This document shows, piece by piece, positions 1 to 8,926 of a DNA stretch of 64,000 bases; position 1 is the stretch's first letter; every line of letters begins with the position of its first letter. Below the pieces are notes generated by a model. The model worked only from the letters and a program-made list of their open reading frames with translations. It searched no databases and was not told the DNA's origin. The stretch is from positions 71,860,001 through 71,924,000 of the forward strand of contig OZ076409.1 in NCBI GenBank assembly GCA_964187785.1. The letters run 5' to 3'. The stretch is from Amphiscolops sp. MND2022. Taxonomy: Eukaryota. Both the position numbers and the translations under genes were made by a program.

Positions 1-606
1 TGAATGCATGTGGAAAGTACTCGGATAGACGAGAAAAATGAGCTATTATAAATCTCTGTAGCTTAACCTGACGTTGACTTATGACAATTTTAGTGTGAGC
101 TTGCTATGTGAGAAAAAAATTCAAAATTGGAAATCGAAGCTAAGTCTCATCCAAAACTCATCGGAACACGTTCAATCCATCCCAGAGCGGTTTAATTCCA
201 GCTATATAATGCAGCAACACTATTCAAGACCATTTGATCCACTTACATTAGTTTTGACACCGTATTATTCATCCGAGAGCACAAAACAGTTGAGTACATT
301 CCATCTCCCTTTCGGGGGAGATGAGAATGTACTCGCTAAAGTCCAGGTACTACAGCCCATATTTGTTTTTATGCGACGCTTTTATGGTTTGTATGCTAGT
401 GCGTACACGTATTAATCTTTTAACATATTTTTTGTCGTCTGCAGTTTGCTTTTGACTTGACATAAACTGAACGTTTTGTCCTTAAAACATACACATTACT
501 AACGTCAACGCCCCATCCTTGCATCAACGCCCACCGTCCGTGGGCATGCCGAGGCATGCCCTTCGACGACGTATACCAAGATATACATAAGCGCGGTAGC
601 CGCTAG
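1..606 (+). mobile_element. 3' part of a C-like element (truncated by window)
   Basis: Similar to ~8120-8900. Carries the GAGTACATT...AATGTACTC hairpin (292-334), the palindrome (542-561) and a CTAG end. Confidence 0.7.
542..561. promoter_or_regulatory. Invariant 20-bp palindrome; candidate protein-binding site or p53-family element (first of 21 exact copies)
   Basis: GGGCATGCCG|AGGCATGCCC starting at 542, 1922, 3312, 5294, 6673, 8858, 15576, 17562, 19549, 21538, 26302, 28280, 30314, 35083, 37075, 39064, 43822, 48258, 57127, 61884, 63872. The sequence is certain; the function is inferred. Confidence 0.55.
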
Positions 607-1993
607 GTGGTTGGGGCGGTCCCCAGAACGCACAAGGAGGCGCGGGGAGGGTCCTGCGCCGACGTAGAATAATTTCATATAATACTAGTATCCTACATGG
701 GTGTTTTAGAAGCGATTTTGGAATCTAACCGTAGGATTTGGATAATTTTTTGCATGCGGCCACAACTCGAAATTCTAAGAACTTTTTCCTACTGTCATTT
801 TCCCCGCAAATTGTTTTTTGTTGACTTATGGCCGAAAAACCGGAAATAACGTCCTTTTTAGACGTTATATCCGAAGTGTTGTCATAACTTTTTTCCAGGG
901 CATGCTAGCGTTCTCCTTCACTTTTACACTTAGTTGCAGCATCTCGAAATACAACTGGTGGAAAATTTTGGTTGCATTCGGATCACCCCCCACCGAGATA
1001 GAAGGGTTCCCCCCTCCAGATTTACCCCCCAAATTTGCAAAAAAGCCAATTTTGAGCATGAAGCCGAGGATTTAGCGTACCCGCACCCTTCTGATGTTTT
1101 GTTGTACGTATTGGGGTCAATCTGACGACATGTGTGGTTTTCACCCCCAACCCCCCCTGGGACCGGAAATGACACTTTTTTGTGTTTTTTGGCAGAATTT
1201 AGCCTTTTTCATTATTAGACAGTCGTTTTAGGGACTCATAGCAGGATATCGAAATTGAAATACAACCTGATCACAACCCAGTGACAACATGTTGGCCACT
1301 TGGATGTACCATCATGACCGGAAGTGGGGTCAACCCCCCTTTTTGTGACCGCTTTTTGACCTTGTGCACCAAAATGCCAACAACTTGAGGCCTAATGACG
1401 CATTCAAATCTGTACAAAGATAGAGTGTTAGACAACTGAAGTCCCGGAAGATCTTTAGCATATACCGGAAGTTACCCCCATGACCGGAAGTTACCCAATG
1501 TGACCGGAAATGGTCCAAAAATTAATGTAAAGTTGAATTTTTCACTATTTCAAGACCACTTCATTGAACATTTTCAATCCCAAAACTAGCGTACTGGCTT
1601 GTTTTGCTGAATTTATGGAAATTGATGAGCTCTATCACCCCCTATAGCCTTTGAAGTTGACCTTGCGTCAACTTTGGAGGCTATCGATACTGAAAATGAA
1701 CAAGAAAGTACATTGTTGCTCTCGGTTTTTTCCCGTTGTTTTTCCTCAAACTTTCTTGAGACATATACATGGCCGTTAGTTGAAATCAATATTTAGCCCA
1801 TGTTATAGCTGGAGCAGTGAAGCGTTACACAGACTAGTGTGGTTTTGAAATTACATTACTTAAATTAACAACTGACCGTCTTAGACAACTCCACACATTC
1901 ATACCAACGCCCACCGTCTGTGGGCATGCCGAGGCATGCCCTTCGACGACGTATGACGAATCCACTCCAACGACACCCGCAGTCCTCAGCTAG
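607..1993 (+). mobile_element. Family A element (1387 bp)
   Basis: GTGG start, CTAG end; close copy at +1387; internal hairpin 1644-1684; palindrome 1922-1941. Confidence 0.75.
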
Positions 1994-3383
1994 GTGGTCG
2001 GGGCGGTCCCCAGAACGCACATGGAGGCGCGGGGAGGGTCCTGCGCCGACGTAGAATAATTTCATAAAATACTATTATCCTACATGGGTGTTTTTGAAGC
2101 GATTTTGGAACCTACCCGTCAGATTTCGATAATTTTTTGCATGCGGCCAAAACTCAAAATTCTAAGAACTTTTTCCTTCTGTCATTTTCCCCGCAAATTG
2201 TTTTTTGTTGACTTATGGCCGAAAAACCGGAAATAACGTTCTTTTTAGACGTTATATCCGAAGTGTCGTCATAACTTTTTTCCAGGGCATGCTAGCGTTC
2301 TTGTTCACTTTTACACTTAGTTGCAGCATCTCAAAATACAACTGGTGGAAAATTTTGGTTGCATTCGGATCACCCCCCACCGAGATAGAAGGGTTCCCCC
2401 CTCCAGTTTTACCCCCCAAATTTGCGAAAAAGCCAATTTCGAGCATGAAGCCGAGGATTTAGCGTACCCGCACCCTTCTGATGTTTTGTCGGACATGTTA
2501 GGGTCAATCTGGTGACATGTTTGGTTTTCACCCCCAACCCCCCCTGGGACCGGAAATGACACTTTTTTGTGTTTTTTGACAAAAATGAGCCTTTTTGATT
2601 AGTAGGGAGTCGTTTTTGGGCCTCCTAGCAGGATATCGAAGTTGAAATACAACTTGATCACAACCCAGTGACAACATGTTGGCCAGTTGCAGGTACCATC
2701 ATGACCGGAAGTGGGGTCAAACCCCCCTTTTTGTGACCGCTTTTTGACCTTGTGCACCAAAATGCCAACAACTTGAGGCCTAATGACGCATTCAAATCTG
2801 TACAAAGATAGAACGTTAGACAACGGAAGTCCCGCAAGCTCTTTAGCATATACCGGACGTCACCCCCCATGACCGGAAGTTGTCCAATATGACCGGAAAT
2901 GGTCCAAAAATTCATGTAAAATTAACTTTTTCACTTATTGAAGACCACTTCGTTGAACATTTTCAATCCCAAAACTAGCGTACTAGCTGGTGGCGTTGAA
3001 TTTATGGAAATTGAGGAGCTTTATCACCCCCGATAGCCTTCGAAGTTGACCTTGCGTCAACTTTGGAGGCTATCGATTCTGAAAATGAACAACAAAGTAC
3101 TTTGTTGCTCTCGTTTTTTTTCCGTTTTTTTCCTCAAATATTGTTGAGACATACACATGGCCGTTAGTTAAAATCAATATTTTAGCCCATGTTATAGCGT
3201 GAGTAGCGAAGCGTTACACAGGCTGGTGTGGTTTTGAACTGTAATTATTTTAAAATAAAAAAAGACCCTCTTAGTCAACTCCACACATTCATACCAACGC
3301 CCACCGTCTGTGGGCATGCCGAGGCATGCCCTTCGACGACGTATGACGAATCCATTCCAACGACACCCGCAGTCCTCAGCTAG
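1994..3383 (+). mobile_element. Family A element (1390 bp)
   Basis: Tandem diverged copy of 607-1993; palindrome 3312-3331. Confidence 0.75.
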
Positions 3384-5371
3384 GTGGGCGGGGGTAATTC
3401 CCCAACAAAAAAATCGGCCGGCGGGTCGGGTCCTGCCGGCCGTCCAAAATCAAAATCCTCCTAGTAGAAAACGGCATGTCAAACGAGCTATTTTTTTATT
3501 TAACCATACGAATTTCACCATTTTTTGCATGCGGCCCTGAAATGGCCATACGAGACGAAGTTCCTGCTGACGTTTTGCGATGTAAATGTTTTATAAAAAG
3601 TTATGGCCGATTTGTCATTCACCTAGAAGGGTAAAATGAGGAAAATTTTAACAAAGTCGCTGATAACTCAAAATGTGTTAATTTTTGGACTTTGACTGTG
3701 AAACAAGCTTGGAACCTTCATTTCGTGGCTGTGGCATTGCATTGAACACAAAAGATGTAAGGTTTTTACATTTTTTGAAAATTCGACATTTTTGAAATTT
3801 TTTTCACTACTATCAGTACCCCATATGTCAAAAACACCTCAGAAAAAAATTTTTATTTGCTTTAAATTGGAAACCTTGGTATCCATGGTTTCTGTCGGAA
3901 CCTACTCGCAGCCAAATACCCAACAGTTTGCATCCAATGTGAAAATAAAAATTTTTTCGGGGTCATAAGCGTTTCACAAGGATTTCTCAACTTAGTATTA
4001 GTTTACAAAATGGTCATTTTGAACATAATATTTTCATCGAGGCTTGTCGGCTATAGCCTTAATGTTCTAGAACGGTCCCACTGGCAACGTAGCAACCATT
4101 TATAGTAATATAAAAGGTTAAAAATTTTTTTTCACCCGGTCTTCAGTCATTTTTCAGACATTCGGAACATAACTTAGAAAATTTTCGACCCAAATACCCA
4201 TTTTTTGTCAGGTCGAAAATTAAAATTCAGCTATTAAAGCAAAATTATTTACTCTGACGTAACCAATGGGGCCCATGATACTCAAAAACACCATTGGCAC
4301 TGGTACCAATGGCTCCAATAACATATGAGTCGCGATAAGACGTTATTTTGAGCAATACGTCTCAGTTGAGGTAAAGATCTCGCAAGCCAGCGATCACTGT
4401 GAAATGTGATTTCATCAAAAATTTACTCATTTTTGTCAATAACTATGTGCACAGAGTGTGTAGGGTGAGTTCCAGCACTATAATGAGGTTTTTGAAGGCA
4501 TCGGGTTGCTCAAGGGGTGGTATGAGACATTTTTTTCCTATATACTACTGTGTTTTCCAAAACTTTTAGCCCATTATCAGGAAAAAATAATTTGACAAAA
4601 TACTTTCAACTACTTTATTCAAAGGTTACAATATAGATGAACACTGTGGTTGATCAGAAACTTTCATCTCTTTCGTTTTCCGAAATAATTTCCTTCGAAT
4701 GTGTTACATTTGTAGCCGGAAAAAAACCGAAACTAAAAAATACGCGATTTTGCTGAGATAGAACCGGGATAATTGTGTCTAAATACTCTTTAAATACTTC
4801 TAACGCGACCTTACGGACCCAAAAGGATTAAAAATGCCACTCACAATGCTGACATGTGCTCTTTCGACGATCCTGGCTGGACAAGTTTTGCAAATTTTTC
4901 AAGTACCTGTTAACTGAATTTTGTGATAGCCTTTTAAGTTGGCCTTGTGTCAACTTGGGAAGGCTATCACATCAAAAAACTTTCAACAAAAATACTTTTT
5001 GTTTATTGGATATTGCTGTCGATACCTTTTTTTGTGATTCTATACTACCGTTAGTATATTCCATCAGGTCACCAGACGATTGTATTCAGTATTTGATAAA
5101 AACTTATGAACTCGAAGTCTTTTTCATATGTTTTTTGTTCAAAAAAATTATCAAAAAAAATTATATTATAAACAATTGAGTCTTTAACTTTTTTATTTCC
5201 CAATTTTCCAGTGTTATTAGGCTCATCAACTTCCTACTGCCACATCCAGACATTAGTACAACGCCACAAAGTGTTGCGACGTCCACCGTCTGTGGGCATG
5301 CCGAGGCATGCCCTTCGACGACGTATGCCAAAAATAGCGCCCTCCGCGGTCACTACCGCGGTAGCAGCTAG
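3384..5371 (+). mobile_element. Family B element (1988 bp)
   Basis: GTGGGCGGGGGTAATTCCCC head; hairpin 4922-4971; palindrome 5294-5313; ends CCGCGGTcactACCGCGG-TAGCAG-CTAG. Confidence 0.75.
4922..4971. other. Conserved internal hairpin class I (representative copy)
   Basis: GATAGCCTT..AAGTTG..loop..CAACTT..AAGGCTATC in A, A', B, D and E elements. Confidence 0.85.
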
Positions 5372-6749
5372 GTGGCGGGGGTGCCTCATGCCCCTCAAAA
5401 AATCACGAGCGCGGGTAGGGTCCTGCGCGAGTTCAAGAAGTGAAACATCGATATTTCGAAGCAACACTTTTGGAAGCTATCTTTTTATTGAACCATACGA
5501 TTTGAACCATTTTTTGCATGTGGCTTTAGAATCAGGTTATAAGAACTTTTTCCTGCTGACAGTTTAACCGGAAATCATTTGGTGTTGACTTTTGGCCAAA
5601 AAACCGGTTATAACGTCGAAAATCAACGTTATATCCGAATTGTCGTCGTAACTTTTTTCCAGGGCGTCCTAGCGATTTTTGTTGCTCCTACATTGCGTTG
5701 CAGCATGTGAAAATACATCTGCTGTGAAATTTTGGTTGCAATCGGATCACCCCCCTCCGAGATTGAGGGGTACCCCCCTCCAATTTTACCCCCAAAATTT
5801 AGGAAAATGCCAATTTTGAGCATGAAGCTGTGGATTGAGCGTGTCCGCACCCTGCTGAAGGATTGTCGGGCGCATTAAGGTGAATCCGATGACATGTGTA
5901 GTTATCACCCCCAACCCCCCCTGGGACCGGAAATGACCCTTTTTTGTGTATTTTGACAGGAAGTTGTGGTTTTCAGTCGTAAGACGTTGTTTTATGTTCG
6001 CTTTACAGGGTATCAAAGTTGAAACACAGCATGAGAACAACTTAGTGACCACATTTTGGCCAGTCGGGGGTAACGTAATTACCGGAAATAGGGTCGAAAC
6101 CCCCCAAAATTGATGTTTTTTGACCATTATGACGTTTATTGATCGCGTATAGGTCCGATAGGTCTCATTAACTATTGTCAAGATGAACAGCTGATCAATT
6201 AACGATGTCTTAACGACGCTTTCAGAAACCGGAAGTTAACCCTCGACCGGAAGTGGTCCATTTTGACCGGAAATGGTGCGAAAAATAGATCAAAAACGTC
6301 TTTTTTGTTTAATTTCTGTATACTTCGTCAGATATTTTTGAAATTTTGAAGGTTGTGGTTGAAAGTAGGATTAAAAGACTGAATCGCTGCAGAATGATGA
6401 TCACCTTTGTCACCCCCCGATAGCCTTCCAAGTTGACTTTGGGTCAAGCTTGAAGGCTATCTGTTATGAAAACAAAAAACAAAGCAGGACCCCCTGTCCC
6501 CGTGGTTGTTAAATTCTGCTTAGATCAGTTCAATGCAGAGAGTACTTTGGTTAAGGTAAACAAATAGCGTTACTTTTACGTTTCTTATAGTTGTTCACCC
6601 CCACCCGCCAAAATTTCATGCACCTCCCCCCTCAGTACAACGCCACATAGCGTTTCGACGCCCACGGTCTGTGGGCATGCCGAGGCATGCCCTTCGACGA
6701 CATATGCCAAATGAGCCTTTCCCGCACTCTGGAGTGCGGTAGCAGCTAG
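5372..6749 (+). mobile_element. Family A' element, divergent relative of A (1378 bp)
   Basis: Colinear with A (CGGATCACCCCC, TTTTGAGCATGAAGC, CCCCCCTGGGACCGGAAATGAC); different head and 3' hairpin CCGCACTC-tg-GAGTGCGG. Confidence 0.72.
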
Positions 6750-8926
6750 GTGGAGGTTATTTTATAATAATTAAAGTGTTTTTTTCCGGAGTTTGTGGCT
6801 TTGGAAAAAACAAAAGGCGAGAAATTGGGCACTCCGGGCTGAACCGTATACACTCAAAATTCGCCCAATATTTATACGATCTCGAAACTCAGCCGTACGA
6901 TTTGGCTGAAAATTTGCATGCGTCTAAAAAATCAGATTCTAAGAACTATTTCCTGCTGACATTTTTTTGAAATTTTTGTGTACGTTTCCCCCCCGCCCCC
7001 TAAAGGGGTCAATTTTCCCCAATTTTGCACTTATGAGTCAAATTCTCAAAACTGGTGGATCTGAGCGTATTCCCGGCGGGGACAACTTTTAACGAGCGCT
7101 CCTCAGTAGACCTTTTTGACTTTTTACTTTGGTGGTACGTTCACCCCCCGAGGAGCAAATGGCGTTTTTGTGACTTCCGGTCGAGGCTTTTTTCACCCAA
7201 AAAATAGAATTAAGCCAATTTTGAGCAGGAAGGAGTGGATTTAAAGTGCCTGTACCCTGCTAAAAATTTGTTGGGCTTGTAGCGATATATCTCATACCAA
7301 GTCTGGTTTTCACCCCCAAACCCCCCTTGGGACCAAAATTCACCCAAACTTTTTTTACCTCTGTTTGTAGTTTTTTGCAAAATGTCGTCATTTCCATGGG
7401 TAAGGAGTTGAATTAGGGGCTCCTAATAGGGTACCAATGTTCAAGTACACTTGCAGTGCAACTGAGTGACCCTTTTGGGGCCACTCCTGTGTTCGGCAAG
7501 GACCGGAAGTGAGGTAAACCCCCCTTTTTTGACGTTTGTTGACCTTGAGACTCGCGCTTAGATGACGTTTATGTCGCGCAAATCCTACAAACCAGTATTA
7601 GGATGACATGCTAGCCAACTAGAGAGCACTAAGGGAAACTATACTATACCGGAAGTAACCCCCCGTGACCGGAAGTTGTCATTTTTGACCGGAAATGGTC
7701 CAAAACATAGCGTAAAGCAGTTTTCATTGCTTTTAAAGTCAACTCATTACTTTTTTCAGTCTGCGCGAGCTTGTCTTCAGATTCGTTTTTGTTGTCCGTG
7801 CACACTACAACAAATATACATCTGTAGAAATTGTGCTATAATATCGTCGGAGAGAGAAATAACGGGAATTTTTTTCAAAAATGTTTGTCTATATCTATCA
7901 TTTTTACCCAACGTTATTCAACAGTAGAACCACAGGGGTTAGTATCTGCCAAAATATATGCCTAACAAAACCACTCGTCCCATTGGTTGCAGTTTGAGCG
8001 TTCTAGCTTTGCTTGGTCACAAGTTGAGGGACTTCAAAAAGTTTCAAATTTTTTTGGAAAATTTTTTTTAAACGTCACGTCTCCCAAAGTTAAGAATTTT
8101 CCACACAACTAGGATTGCAAGAGAATGCACATGGTAAGACCTATAAATGGAGAGAAAAATTCCGTTCAGAACGTCTCTTTATCGTTACGTGACGTTAAAA
8201 GATGTTGCTTTGAATGTGAATTTGATAATGCGTCGAGAAGTAAAAGAGTGTGAATGGATCCTATGTCTCGACAAATACTCATCGCAATACATACGATGAA
8301 CCCCAATTACCCTCACTTTCAGTTGGCTAGTACATCAGCGTCTTCCAAGGACCGTTTACCTATTTGAAAATTGTCAAAATCATTATTAATATCAGTTAGC
8401 AAGAAATATTTGAGTACATTGTCATCTCTCCCCATCGGGTGAGATGAGAATGTTCTTGCTAAAAGTCAAGTACTACGGCCCATTTTTGTTTTATTGCGAC
8501 GTTTTCTGTGCCTTAGCACAAGGATACTTTTATGTCATCTCACTTTTGTAATACAATCTGACTTGTTGTTATAAATTTCTCGTCATTACTTTACCTAAAC
8601 TTACTACCATGCATCTTTAACGTCAAAGCCAAATTCATTTAGACGCCCACCATTCCGTAGGTATGCCGAGGTATGCCTTTCGAAGACGTATGGCAAAACA
8701 CAAACGGGCAAATGAAAAGGGCTGAAATTCAGAAACAGTCACAAACAATTTTGACTATTTGACCGATGGTAGGTTTTTATATGGAACTTACACATCACTG
8801 ACATTTCAAAACATTCCAGCTGACGCCCACTTACAAACATCAACGCCCACGGTCCGTGGGCATGCCGAGGCATGCCCTTCGACGACGTATGGCAAATACT
8901 TTTTACGACGTCCCAACTTTCCCTAG
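6750..8926 (+). mobile_element. Family C element (2177 bp)
   Basis: A-related middle (GCCAATTTTGAGCA, TTTCACCCCCAA, ACCGGAAGT triplet); decayed palindrome ~8660-8677 plus intact one at 8858-8877; CTAG end. Confidence 0.7.

Noticed and set aside
3384..5371. TIR DNA transposons (MITEs) with CTAG target duplication
   Set aside because: The two ends of a unit are not inverted repeats of one another.
6636..6749. tRNA, 5S, snRNA or hammerhead/HDV ribozyme in the conserved block
   Set aside because: No cloverleaf, A/B boxes, CTGATGA...GAAA core or HDV pseudoknot recognised by eye. An Rfam search is still advisable.
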